A stretch of DNA of 62,049 bases, counting the filler, from Choristocarpus tenellus KU-1152 (taxonomy: Eukaryota > Protista > Phaeophyceae), in the NCBI GenBank assembly GCA_964200185.2. It is 15 parts of 15 records of this genome, joined end to end, with 100 filler letters (N's around TTAATTAATTAA, not from the genome) between each part and the next. Parts side by side here need not be neighbours in the genome. Positions count along the whole stretch, not along the records: positions 21,400 to 26,355 come from CAXNAD020012390.1; positions 26,456 to 31,655 come from CAXNAD020011527.1; positions 31,756 to 35,542 come from CAXNAD020017922.1; positions 35,643 to 38,489 come from CAXNAD020024229.1; 11 more parts are not named here. One strand, given 5' to 3'. A program made the translations under genes and the position numbers. The first letter of the stretch is position 1, and each line of letters starts with the position of its first letter. Positions 26,295 to 38,589 of the stretch are shown piece by piece. The notes under the pieces are model-generated. The model was not told the origin of the DNA, made no database searches, and was given only the letters and a program-made list of their open reading frames with translations.

Positions 26295-29200
26295 GGGTTG
26301 TATGAAGGTGGGTGGGGGGGGAGGGGGATGGTGGGGGTGGGTGGGGGGGGGGGGGNNNNNNNNNNNNNNNNNNNNNNNNNNNNNNNNNNNNNNNNNNNNT
26401 TAATTAATTAANNNNNNNNNNNNNNNNNNNNNNNNNNNNNNNNNNNNNNNNNNNNCCTTCTTCTGACTGGAACCCTTCGTTGGGAGCAGGGGAGTCTGAG
26501 CTTGCCCCTCTGTCCCCCCTACCTTACGGAGATTTACGCCTTACTGGGGACATGGAGGATGAGGGTTCAACAGGGGGAGATGACGAATATCCTCCTGCCA
26601 AAGTTGATCTGTTTGGTGGTGGGCCTGTTTGATAATCTGTTACTGATTCTTGTCCAGGATAGAGCCAATATTGTGATGGGTAGTCATGGCTCCAGGTCAT
26701 TTTAGTAGGATTCAGGGAGTGAGCTATGCTAGGGTTCTTGGATTTTTTTTGTAATGAAGTTCAAATGGAGAGAGTGAGCGAGAATTCACAAGTAATGACA
26801 AGGCGTTTGTTAGTGCTTCATTGGATATATCACTACCTGCAATATCTCCTATGATTTTTTTCCTCTAGGATTGGGACTCAACTGTGTAGTGAAAATGTTA
26901 TAAATAGGTCACATGTTGCTCTATTGTTGTGAAACAATTTATCTCTCATGTACGTGTGTGTGTTCCTGTCTCCTTGGGGAAAATTCTTGGGTAACAATGA
27001 TGCGCCATGAAGATAATGCCACTACACTTGCAATATTGTCTTCAATAATTGTCCTGAAGAGAATAATCTCAGCACTAAGGTTGTATTACGGATGCTGCTA
27101 TTCAAGATCTGCTGGAAAGCGCAAGAAGGGGTTGGATGAAGGCTCCGAAATGAACGTTTCCTGCTATTATTATTCCAAAATCATCAATGTTTTTGTATCA
27201 GACTTGTTGCTGCATAGATGAAAACATCATTTTGCACAGTGTGCTTTGAAACTGGTGGTAAGCTGTGTTTTATTTGATTCATTGCTGACAAAATCTGATG
27301 CTGCTTGTACAATAGCACCATTTCTTTATGAGAAGAAAAGTGTGTCATGGTTGTGTTTCTTCAAGTACATGTGTGTAAATCGGGGTTGTCTGATATTATA
27401 ACGTCAATGCCGCGTAACATACACTATAATGCCGTTTGAGGTTACTTGTCAGGAATCCCAGATTCCAGTGGAGTATGCTTCATGAGGTGGAGGCATAGAC
27501 TCTTGGTCTCACAAGTAGTGAATATCTCTCAGAAGTATCAAACATCAAAGATTCCCTTACGCTGTCTTGTCTTGACATTCTCTGATCATCCTCCTCTAAT
27601 GAGAACCATTCCAGTCTTGAAATCTTTGCACTTGTCCAACCTTTACCTCATCCTCTCGGTTATGGTTCGTCTTGGTCCAGTGATTCTCTTCACCACCCTT
27701 GCCTGAGTGAACCATGCCGTCACAGAATCATAGAGTTCACACATGGAGCTTAAAATGCTTCACTTCAGGTGGTATTTCTGTCACCTGTACAACAGCAGTA
27801 GTAGGAACGGGAATTGTGTCTTTGCAGTGTGTCTCTGTCCATCAGAGGGAGATTCATAAGAGCGCTGTTGACTTTCGAAGATGAAATAAATTTTCAATAT
27901 GAGGGCTTAACAGGCCAACATTGTGGACACCAGCCTCTCCTTCCTGCGACACAACGAAGGCATCAATATTCCTGGAGTGCAGGCTGCTTTGGAGCATGGT
28001 CTAAATTTGGTGAACATTGTGCTCTGTGTGTCATGTGATGGCAATTTTTTTGTGCAAGCCTCAACTGGCCAACAGCCTTGTGTGTTTGTACTTCTTGGTG
28101 GTAAGTTGAAGTAACACCCCTGCTCCCCCATCGTATGAACGATAGGGGGGTGATTCAAATTTTGAGACACTGCCATCACTGTCTGCCCCTCTTGAACGGT
28201 GTGGCATTTCCTCTCAATATTTGACACATCTAGTCTCTCTTGAGTGGAGGTCACTTGAGGAAGGTGGTATTCCTTGCAATGTTTCCCATGAGTGATTGAT
28301 AATTGAACATAAAAAAAACTTCCTGGTTTGCGTTTGTGAGCTCATCTCTACCCATCAAGGTTGGTCTCCCCCGCACACATGAGATCTCAAGCTTAGTGCT
28401 GACCCCTTAGCTATCAAGTTATCCCTGAAGATCTGATCAGCAGAGATTTGCCTAAGAACCCTAAGAAATTGAGATTCATTCCTGGCTTCCACCTACGGCA
28501 ATACTGATGAGGGCCGTAGTCAATTCTCTCGTGCAATATATTAGGGGCTTGGCATTGAAAGGAAATTGGGGCATGCCATGTTGTCCCGGATAAAAATTGT
28601 GATGCCAACCTTCAGCATTGTTTGGTACTAAAACAAAAAAAAGAAAATGATATTGAAAAAATCATCTGATAGTGCACAGTCAGGGCCAAATTTGTGGCTA
28701 GGACCTGCAGTGGGGTGGGGTAATCTCAATGCATAGAATTATGATAGAAGGGTGTCTTGTGCAAGCATGTCATCCTGGCCTGGAATACATATGTTTCATC
28801 CTGTCAATTTTCATAATACCCTATGCAGCAATTTGTTGTCGAAGGACTTGCATGATACTCTTGATCTTAAAACCTTTTTGTGCAACAGGAAATCTTCTCT
28901 AGAAGTTTGTGTATTTCCATTTCTCAAATTCTACTCCTGTGCACTCCTCCAAGCTTGATCATTAATGAGCAGTCGATAAAAGTCATCCTACTTTCATGAA
29001 TCTACCGCCAACTGTGTTTTCTCAGTTGTGATAGTTCGAAATATGCACTAACTCAACCAAACACACACACACACACACACACTGCTGGACAGCACAGATA
29101 CCAATCGATGTGTGTGTCTGTGTGTCTTGTGCATGTGTGCATAGATTATGGACATGCATATGCACAATCAAGGGTTCAAACGAAATCAAGTGAAAAGAGC

Positions 29201-30009
29201 TCTGTACTGCATAGGCACTCAGGTTTTGTGGGGTATCTTATGGTAAAGAAGAAAACGACAATGAGGAGGATAAGGAACACCAGAAGAAAATTTTGAGAGG
29301 GCTTTATGGAGGTCAGGAGGAGGGGTATGATGAAGACAGTCTTTGACATTATCATATGCAGGACCTGTGATAAACGAAGCAAATATTGATGTGAAAAAAC
29401 AACCATGACAGTATATTGCATTAATTGATGCCTACAGCATAAACATTACAAACGAGGTTCACAGGTATCACAACAGATCCATATAGGAGGCAAAAAATCG
29501 TATTGTGTAAATCAATGATATTATCTACAGGATTACTTTCTCTGCCGAGCTTGTATGGTCTTCAAGGATTCAAATCTACCGTGTTGTTTAAAACAACGGA
29601 TAGTAACGCCAAAATTTGGCAATGTGAGCTACTTCTGAAAGAGGAGATTATACCCGAATTGGATGCACCACAGCGTCTTTTGTATCCACAAAAATACATC
29701 TCAGCTGCAAAAAAAACACGAAGTGAAGTGAAACAGGGATCCCAAACTCAACGTTCTATTCCGACGTCGAAAATATGGCAAACCGTAGGCATGCTATTTG
29801 CGTCAGATCGATCACATTCGTAAGAACAAGCACCAAAAAATGATATCCTATAAAATGTTCAAAGTTACATAATGTCGCAGAAAACTCCTAGGAATGCACT
29901 AATAACCATGTAGTTCTGAGGTGTCTTGCAAATATACAAAATCATGTGGTAGTTGCCAGAGGCGGGGGCTAGACAATGGGCACCTTAGAGAACATTAAAA
30001 ATACTCTCG

Positions 30010-30261
30010 CTATTTTGTTCTTGCCTGTCCCAACACGCTCACAAAGGTTTCAATGTTCTTCTGGAGGGTATTAACAGTCACAATGCCACCCTCTCCGATA
30101 TCTGCTATTAATATTTCCACTGTCCTCCCAGAGAGTCCACTGGCCTCGAGCAAACGGTGCAGGCTCTCCGTTGTGATTCTCCCGTCGGTGACTACATCCA
30201 GGTGTTGGATGAGCACAAGAGGATGATCCTTTGCCCACTGTAGATCTCGCATCTCCACGTT
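30010..30261 (-). CDS. Probable terminal exon of an unknown protein
   Basis: Acceptor TTTTCACAG, then an open frame NVEMRDLQWAKDHPLVL..GQARTK*. A strong upstream donor GTAAGT at ~30421 is in matching phase. Confidence 0.4.
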   Translation of the reverse strand, partial: NVEMRDLQWAKDHPLVLIQHLDVVTDGRITTESLHRLLEASGLSGRTVEILIADIGEGGIVTVNTLQKNIETFVSVLGQARTK

Positions 30262-31781
30262 CTGTGAAAATATCAAGCACGGGTAGGGGTTTGATTAATC
30301 ATACCATGGGGATATTAGAGTGAATACACTGGGGTTGGGACCTTGTGCAAGTCCTCACCCTCCTCCTCTCATCAAGGTTCATGGATCCTCAAAGCTCGTG
30401 TGTAACACACAAACGACTTACCACTCTCTTACACTTTACTGCAGGTAAAGCTAGACAAGAAAAAGTGGTCAAGTTACAACCGCCCGAATCAGGCGCTGGT
30501 CACTTCGTAGCAATTCGAATATCAATTCCTCTCACCAACGCTACCGATGGTCCATCTTCATTCCACACTTCACAAGATCGACCAGAAAAAAAGTGCTTGT
30601 GGGTGGAAGAACGAACAGCTGTACAGGCAGACCGACGCACCAATCCAAACATTCTGGTCAGTCGTTCAACTCTCTGTCTCTTTCTGCCTCTCTCCCTGGT
30701 GAAATAGAGGGTGTGAATTGAGGCGAAACTCTTACAATGGAAGAAGTATGTACTACTTCCAAAGCCAATCCCGAAACAAATGGTTAGATTATCTTGTGAA
30801 TGTTAGGAAGTTCCGTTTGGTATGTTGAGGTTGTTGATATATAATCCAAAAAAAGAAATATTTCATACGACCACCAACTATTGACCACTAAAAGATGTTA
30901 AAATTATTCATATTTCGTATTGTATACTTCTTTCCTTCTAGCTTCAACACTTTTATTTTAACTTCAACTCTCTAATCTAATCGTGATAGTTGATAGGAAA
31001 CATATATCGCAATTTCAACAGAGAAGAGGAATACTTTTGAAAGTGAAAGATGTGAGTGTCAGTCGGATCACCAACTTTTTTAGGTCTTGTCCAGATTCTG
31101 ATGAGGTTTTGCATATCATCAAATCTTTATACCCACAATATCCCTCCCAATATCACAATGCATTATGAGGAAAACTACTATTGGAATATCAATCATTGAT
31201 GATAATACAATGCGATAAAATATATCCTAATGCACCATCACTATCAACAATTAGAAAAATAGTAGGGTCGACCAACTATTCTACCAGTGATTTTTCCCTT
31301 CATTCATACACCATTCTCATGATACTATTATGATGGTTTAACTAGGTCTATCTAACATTCTGTTTCTTTGTTTCGTGTAACCTATATTCTTAGTTTCCTT
31401 AATTCTTCTTTGTGTCCAATATTCCAAGTTTATTCTTTGTTTGGATGAAAACAGACAAAACCCCAAAAATATCAGTATGAGGGGTTATTAGTAGGTAGAG
31501 AAATAATATATTGTTTCAATGACTACGCAAGTGGCATTGTCTCGACGTGTCATGCGCTTCAAACTAGAGTCCCAGGGAGATGGGCACGGAGGGGTCTGTT
31601 GGATTCTTGGGATGCTTCCCTAGCTCCCCCCCCCGGGGCACGGGAGTAGGTAGATNNNNNNNNNNNNNNNNNNNNNNNNNNNNNNNNNNNNNNNNNNNNT
31701 TAATTAATTAANNNNNNNNNNNNNNNNNNNNNNNNNNNNNNNNNNNNNNNNNNNNCCACCCACAACAACTGGCCTCTACTT

Positions 31782-32450
31782 CCCACTGGCGACAGATTCA
31801 CCCCCCTCCCGCCCCTTGCCAACCCATACACAAAACACGCAATAAATATTGTTGACATCCAATATGTCAAGTCATGCCTACCCTTCTTGTCGACACCATG
31901 CTCAACGTGCTAATCGCATATCGCACTTCTCCATTGACCGCAAACCGTCCGTGCACACTTGCAATCATCGCCCTCTATTTTGTATAAGTCTACCAATCAG
32001 TAAACTCGCGCAAAACTCCAAATTATTGTTTTTTTTTATTATCAACGTCGGCTATTTACCCATTGCTTGTTGCAGGAATACGTAGCACATATAATACATA
32101 CATGATTTCCCCTACTCACAATAATCGATCCCTGTTTCCCACTGGCGACACACTGCCCCCTCCCGCCCCTTGCTAACCCATACAATAACATGCAATAGAT
32201 ATCGTTGACACCCATTATGTCACATCCGTGTCTTCCCTTCACGTCGACACCATGCACGACGTGGTCATCGCACATACGCACTTCTTAATCAACCGCTCAC
32301 CATCCGTGCACACTTACAATCATCTCGCCCTCTATTTTCCAGAAGTCTGCCGAGTGCTAAACTAACCCAAAACTCCAAGTTCTCGTTTTCATCACATATT
32401 GACACCTGTCATTTACCAAACACTTGTTCCAGGAATAGGTAGCACAGATC
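31782..32450. repeat. Diverged tandem duplication, period ~357 bp
   Basis: cccactggcgaca…ctcccgccccttgc.aacccatac…gtcgacaccatgc…ccgtgcacactt.caatcatc…caggaata.gtagcaca occurs twice. Confidence 0.85.
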
Positions 32451-32564
32451 AATCCAAAGAAAATGCCATCACATCGAATCGGTCACAGGACGCCGCCACT
32501 GTGCCAACAATGACTCCAACACATGACACCCCTCCCCTTATACGCACAATCACAACCCTTAGGA

Positions 32565-32745
32565 GGCTCAAAGTATCTGGGAGGGGGTGGCGGCAGTCCA
32601 TTTGGGGTCAATTTTTTCATATCGCGATTTTTGGGTGATTTAGTTGCCATACATCGGATGGATAATGCAAATGCACATTTCTCGATTTTGGTCCAAATGG
32701 ACACCCTCGTGTAGACCCCCCCTACCCCCCCAGATACTTTGGGTC
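32565..32745. mobile_element. MITE family B, complete (181 bp), TSD AGGA
   Basis: agga-GGCTCAAAGTATCTGGG…CCCAGATACTTTGGGTC-agga. Confidence 0.92.
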
Positions 32746-32747
32746 AG

Positions 32748-34783
32748 GAACGGACGGACAGGGGCGGGAGACAGCACAGTAACACGTCTACGAAACTTCA
32801 ATACATCGACACGTTTCGAACACAGGACATAGTCCACCTCCCGGCTCACAAGATCCACCGCGCAGGACGACACGACCCATGTGTCTCAAACCTCAATGGC
32901 ATCAAGTCCATGCACAGGTTCTTCACTGATCGACTCACCACCGGAGAGTCCCGTACATTGATATACACTGAACTGTCGTGCTACTGCACGAACTCTTCCA
33001 TCAACAACCTGACTCAATGAAGGTGGCAACTAACCCGCGTGCCCCTACTTAAGGAGATAGACCTTGGATTTTCCACGGAAACAGGAATGGGCGTTATGTA
33101 TCTGAGAAGCCAGCTATCGAGGAAGAAGAGACAGCTCGCTGAGGGGAACATATGCATTGTGTGGACACAGCCATCGGAGTACAATGGAGTTCTTGCTGTC
33201 CACCGCAAGGACATGATTGAATGGAACACCAGGCACGACTCCAGCTACGGAGGGATGTTCAATGCTGGAGATGAGGTCGTCTTTGTCACTGAAGACTTCG
33301 AGGTGATTAGTGCTAGCTTTGTTGATGAAGTGCCAACTATTCGTGTCACGGACTGACAAGGTGACCCAAAGTATCTGGGGGGGGGGAGGGGGTCTACACC
33401 AGGGTGTCCATTGAAACCAAAATCAGGAAAAGTACATTTGCATTATCCATCCCCGACATATGCAACCAAATCACCCAATAATCGCAACATGAAAAAATGA
33501 TCCCAAATGGACAGCCGCCACCCCCCCTAGATACTTTGGGCCAGGTGAGAAACGTTTCTTATTGTTACTAAGAGAAAAATGCTCCACAGGAATGATTCCA
33601 CGCTGTCCATATACAGATGTTACATCCCCTGATATCCCCTCATACCCAAGTACAATCCTCCCATAACGTCCAACCCTGACATCCAACCCAGTGCCATATT
33701 CTTTCTCCTAATCTACAACCACGGAATATTTTTTCAAGTTCCGTAGGGAAAATAAGCGTATTCCATTCCTTCATTTCGCTGTCTAGTTGTATCCCCTATC
33801 CTACATAAAACTCTCTATTCGTCAAAACCAAAACAAAGAACACCCCAATACAACCAAACAAGGCAATCACGTGCAAACACATGCCAATCGTCCAACACAT
33901 CAGCACAACCAGCCCCTGCAATGAACACCTTTGCGTTGATGCAAGATGTACAACCAGGTCCCCGCGTTGTGCCCCTTCAGGCTATCATCATCCCAGACTT
34001 CACAGACATCCACCACAACCACCTTGACAACATATTCACGATCCTGCCTGGTCAATACCAGAGGTTCACCACAGAATCCAACCGGCAATCCTTCGGTGCG
34101 ATACCTGCTCGCTTCTCAAGGCAACTCAGACTTGGGGACACATCCGACGCCAGGTTCGGTCGAGGAACCAGCTTCATCCTATGCGCGAGTGAGGGGTCTA
34201 TCGTACAGGTCAAGGTCAGCGATGTTCACGTGGACGGTTCAGGGGCGTACATTTACCCAGTGTCCTACCTTCCGGATGATGGCGGAAAATCCTTGCACAT
34301 CCTCACCTGAGGTTCTACATGACAGAGGATGAGATAGAGGAGGGTGTCGACCAACTTTGGGAAAAGAACGAGAGGGACAGTGCGGAGGCTGCCGCCCAGC
34401 GTGTCAGACAACGCCGCCGGTCGATGGTTGACCGCCAGCGGAAGTGTATTGACATGGAGAAGGATTCGGAGAAATATATACTCCTTGAACCGACACTGAG
34501 GGCTGTGCCGGATTTAGATGAGGGAGAAACACTCAATTCAGGTGCCAAGGGCAGACGACTGTACTTCAGATGGGACGATCAGTCCATGCGAGGGACCATG
34601 ACCAAGTACCAGACCCAATACACAGTGAAAGTTGGAGATGAGCGAGTCAGCTACCCCTACGATGTTAAATGGGAGAATGGTGAATTGCGAAATATCCAGT
34701 TTATTGTCGAACGATACAGTATAGACCAAGCCGCTCCTGCACGTGCCTGGGTCTGGACAAGTCCCACTCTGCCCCCATACTGA
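32748..34783 (+). pseudogene. Spliced pseudogene (exons 32748-33360 and 33958-34783) resembling the C-terminal half of a Sola2-type DNA transposase plus a Tudor-like domain
   Basis: One frame reads ..IVHLPAHKIHR..VSNLNGIKSMHRF..ELSCYC..*..DSSYGGMFNAGDEVV..*Q|GPRVVPLQAII.. across a phase-1 junction (CAAG|GT…CCAG|GT). It has in-frame TGAs and a frameshift near 34310. The tail reads GRRLYFRWDD..RGT.TKY..YPYDVKWENGE..ERYS..AWVW. Family assignment is from remembered motifs only. Confidence 0.55.
33363..33542. mobile_element. MITE family B, complete (180 bp), TSD AGGT
   Basis: aggt-GACCCAAAGTATCTGGG…CCTAGATACTTTGGGCC-aggt. Confidence 0.92.
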
Positions 34784-35379
34784 AGAGAGACACGACTTTG
34801 AGGAGCAACCTAGGCCAATTCCTGATCGTGAGCCACCCTCTATGTCGCCAATCAGACACATGCCTCGACAGGCATGTTGTACTGGAGAGGTCGGACGATC
34901 TCTAAATAAACACTAATATACATTTGGTATATTAATCCTTCATATCTTCTTGATTAGTTTATGTCTATGTGTCCTCATACGCATGCTTTTATTGTCCAGA
35001 CGGCAACCTGGAGTTCATCGCGATTAGGTGCTTTCTGCCACTATCCTCTAACACTCTTACTGGCACTTCCCAATCCTTTTCCCTCCCCTCTTTGCATTGA
35101 TCGGACCACAGAGCAATGAACAGAAACCTTGCTAAAACTAACAAGACGCAGAAGAATCTCGTACTCCGTATCACCATCTTCAGCACAAGTCGAGATTTTC
35201 GCGACAGATGACCCCTCTTCCACACCCAATCCAAACGGCGGCAACCATCCCAGCTCCAAACTATGAACCCAACGGCAACTTCTCTGAGCCGCAATGACAT
35301 AGTCTACACCCACTCAAGCGCCAAGCGTATGTTCTAAAGGCATTTTACTCCAAAATGCATCAAAAAAAGGACGGTGACT

Positions 35380-35496
35380 GGGTCAAAGTATCTGGGGGGG
35401 TGGTGGTTAGTAGTGGGGTGTCCGTTTCGGCTTGGATGAGTAGCTCTGAAATGGACGCCCCCTCACTAACCACCCCCCCCCCCCGCTACTTTGCCC
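35380..35496. mobile_element. Short (~117 bp) almost fully palindromic family-B-like MITE
   Basis: GGGTCAAAGTATCTGGGGGGGTGGTGGTTAGT…GTCCGTTTC / GAAATGGAC…ACTAACCACCCC…TACTTTGCCC. Confidence 0.7.
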
Positions 35497-35735
35497 CCCT
35501 CCCCCCACACCTGGCTGAGGGTTCCCCCCACCTATTTCTCGANNNNNNNNNNNNNNNNNNNNNNNNNNNNNNNNNNNNNNNNNNNNTTAATTAATTAANN
35601 NNNNNNNNNNNNNNNNNNNNNNNNNNNNNNNNNNNNNNNNNNTTCCTGACACAATCTTTTCTCTGTGTGTGTGTGTGTGTGTCTGTGTGTGTTCGGGGGG
35701 GGGGGGTTCCTGCCCTGTACTCTCTATTACTTCAG

Positions 35736-36884
35736 GTGCACAAGGTGGTTGGAAGCTTTGATTTCCTAGGGGATCCTGTTGGCCTGCTCTCTAACCTATC
35801 CACAGGGGTCAAGGATTTCTTCTATGAACCTCTGGAGGGACTCAAGCCGGATGGGAAGGGCTTTCTGTATGGACTAGGCAAGGGAGGCACCTCCCTGGTC
35901 TCTAACACCATGCAGGTGAGGGGAGAGAGAGAGAGAGAGAGATGTCGACCTTTTTTTTAGTTCAAAAAATAATTCTGAATGTGAGTCGTGTATTTTTCTG
36001 ATTGATGGTTGCCACTTCTGGGGGTATAAACTGTATCTGCCGCATGGTTCCATTCTTTTTTTTTCATTATGGAAAAGAAAAAAAGTAGACAACTAAGGCA
36101 CGTTTAGCATCCTCTTTGAATACTTGCAGTTCACTTGTTTTCAGGGGAAGTGCATTATCTGAAGCGCTCTCTATGTTTGATTGGACCAGTATGCACACAA
36201 GAATTGTGTGTGTTTGTGTATGTGTGTGTGCCTGTGTGTTATTTTGGTAGGGTAAGGTGTATTCTGTGATGTTGTGAAACTGTCATTGTGTCCCCGACTC
36301 AAGCATGAGAATTGGAGAGGCATTTTGAGGTGGGAATTGGTGAGGAGGTTGATACGGTACCCATCACCAAGCAACCTGTCTTGAGTGAACTGTGGCATCA
36401 CATGATCTGATACAATGTGATGGGGGTGGGTTTTTTTGGTAGGAATGGCTGTGCCTTTGCCAAAAATCTAACATATCAGGTAACCTCGGTGGAAGTGTGA
36501 GAATCAATCCTCTTGGAAGGGGAGATATGGCAGGATGTTGCTGTTTCACTTTTTCTAGTATTTAAGGCCCAGAACTCTTATAGATTGCTCTAGAGTGCTT
36601 AAAAATACTCTAGAGCTCTGCAACAGGGGATGAAAGAGGACTAACACGATGCTTGCATGCTGCCATACTTGTGCTACCTCTCTCCATGGCCACAGGGCAC
36701 ATTCAACACATTTAATAAGGTCACCGGGTCCCTGGGCAACACCCTGGCACAATTGTCGTTAGACACAGACTACCGCAAAAGGCGTCTCAGACAACGCCTG
36801 GTTCAGGTGGGCAGTGACTCGAGATGATCATGTACCAACTGTCATACCAAATGTTCATCTTCCTGAGGATGGGAACTGCCCAGG

Positions 36885-36930
<46 letters not shown>

Positions 36931-37569
36931 CCCTTCCCGACTGCTGGAAGGGGAGGGGGGGGGGGGGGGGGGGGAGGGGGGTTTTTTTTATATTCTAATC
37001 AATTTTTTATTTTTCCCCTTATTTTTTGCGTGTTNNNNNNNNNNTTGTTTTTTTGTTTTGTTTTGTTCCCCTCTGCGAGGGGGGGGGGGGGGGGGGGGGG
37101 GGGGGGTCAATGGGGTTTTTTTACATATGCCATTCAATCTTCAATCTGTCCCATAATCTTGTGCACGATATTTTTTTTTTATGGGAATGGACCTCCTTTT
37201 CTTTTTTACCATTGGTGGAAGTATATTTTATGGAACACAGTGCTGAATAGAAAATAATAATAATAATAATGAAATTGATTCAACATCGGTATAGAATTGT
37301 CAATTTTTTTGTTTTTCCAGGAGTAGCAGTTAATCCCTCCACCACCCTTCCCCCAGTCCCCCAAGACAACTTCACTTCATCCTTTTTATATTTTTACACA
37401 AATGTCTGCTCCCAAAAACCCACCCAAAAACCCACCCAACTGGCACATAACATACCTCCGATTGTTATCACCTGTGGTACAGGGTGAGTCCATGGCAGAC
37501 AGCATGACCCAAGGGGCCCTTGAGTTTGGGCGGGGTCTTTTTCAGGGAGTGACAGGGATTGTGATGGAG
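35736..37569 (+). CDS. VPS13: VPS13-family lipid transfer protein, three internal C-terminal exons (35736-35915, 36696-36806, 37483-37569)
   Basis: VHKVVGSFDFLGDPVGLLSNLSTGVKDFFYEP..GLGKGGTSLVSNT | GTFNTFNKVTGSLGNTLAQLSLD.DY | GRGLFQGVTGIV matches the VPS13 C-terminal Gly-rich helical region. All exons are phase 0 with AG/GT boundaries. Confidence 0.92.
36885..36930. repeat. (GATT)n microsatellite in a VPS13 intron
   Basis: Read directly from the sequence. Confidence 0.9.
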
Positions 37570-38589
37570 GTGAGAAAGAAATAACCCTAGCCCTAACCCT
37601 AGAAACACCCGAGGTATAAAATGATATTAACTTAACTCATGTACAAGGCGAGTTGAGAAATTAAAAAAAAATGTGTATTATATACATACATAAGTATATA
37701 TACTAGATTCACTCAAGGTATAAATGATATTAACTCAACTCATGTACAAGGCCAGTAGTTGGAAAAATAATGTAAAAATGCACAGTAAAGGTTGAAGGCT
37801 GTATCCCTAACCCTAGACATCTGTACCTTCGTGACCTCTCGAGGTCAGAGAGGACTGTAGCACCAAGGAAAAGCAGCAGCAGTGACTGTTGGGCCCTTGA
37901 ATTAAAAGCACCTTGAATTGGCACCAACAAATACTTCATGTGTAGAGTACATGGTGGTGGGGCTTTGGACACTTGAAGTTGGTGAACGTACTGGGAGAGT
38001 ATAGAGAGGGGACAAGAGGTGCCCACTAGAATGCCCCCCGAATGGGTGGGTATTGTTTGTGTCATTTTTAGCCGATTTTTTATTTTTTATTTTTAACGTT
38101 ACAATCGATATTTTGTATTGTTAGTGTTAGGGGGGAGAGGGCTGAAACACACAGCTTGTTGAGGCGTGTAGATGCGCCTTCCAGTAACTGTTCTCTCTTA
38201 TCGCTTTGACAAAATAAAAAATAAAATACCTGTGTTGATATTTAGTTAGTGGGGTTCAATAGAGTAGATTCAACCAATGGACTTCAGTCTAAAGACAAGC
38301 GGTGTTTAAGGTACACCCTATAAAAGCAAAAGACCCAGGTGAATGTTTTTCGAAACAACAGGGCGTCTCCAATTCCCCAAACCACTCAGTGCAAACGATG
38401 GGGGGGGGGGGGGGGGGGGGGGGGGGGCGTTTTGGGTGGTGGTGTTTTCGGGGGGGGGGGGGGAGGGGGACCGATCCGCCCCCACCCCCNNNNNNNNNNN
38501 NNNNNNNNNNNNNNNNNNNNNNNNNNNNNNNNNTTAATTAATTAANNNNNNNNNNNNNNNNNNNNNNNNNNNNNNNNNNNNNNNNNNNN

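Noticed and set aside
28480-28630. PNNAEGWH motif on the minus strand resembling MULE transposases
   Set aside because: A single short motif with no supporting flanking similarity.
30446-30510. KKKWSSYNRPNQALVT resembling CK2-alpha
   Set aside because: Ends at a stop with no other kinase motifs.
33018-33356. In-frame TGAs as selenocysteine or readthrough
   Set aside because: The same gene has a frameshift and its paralogue has independent stops, so ordinary pseudogene decay is simpler.
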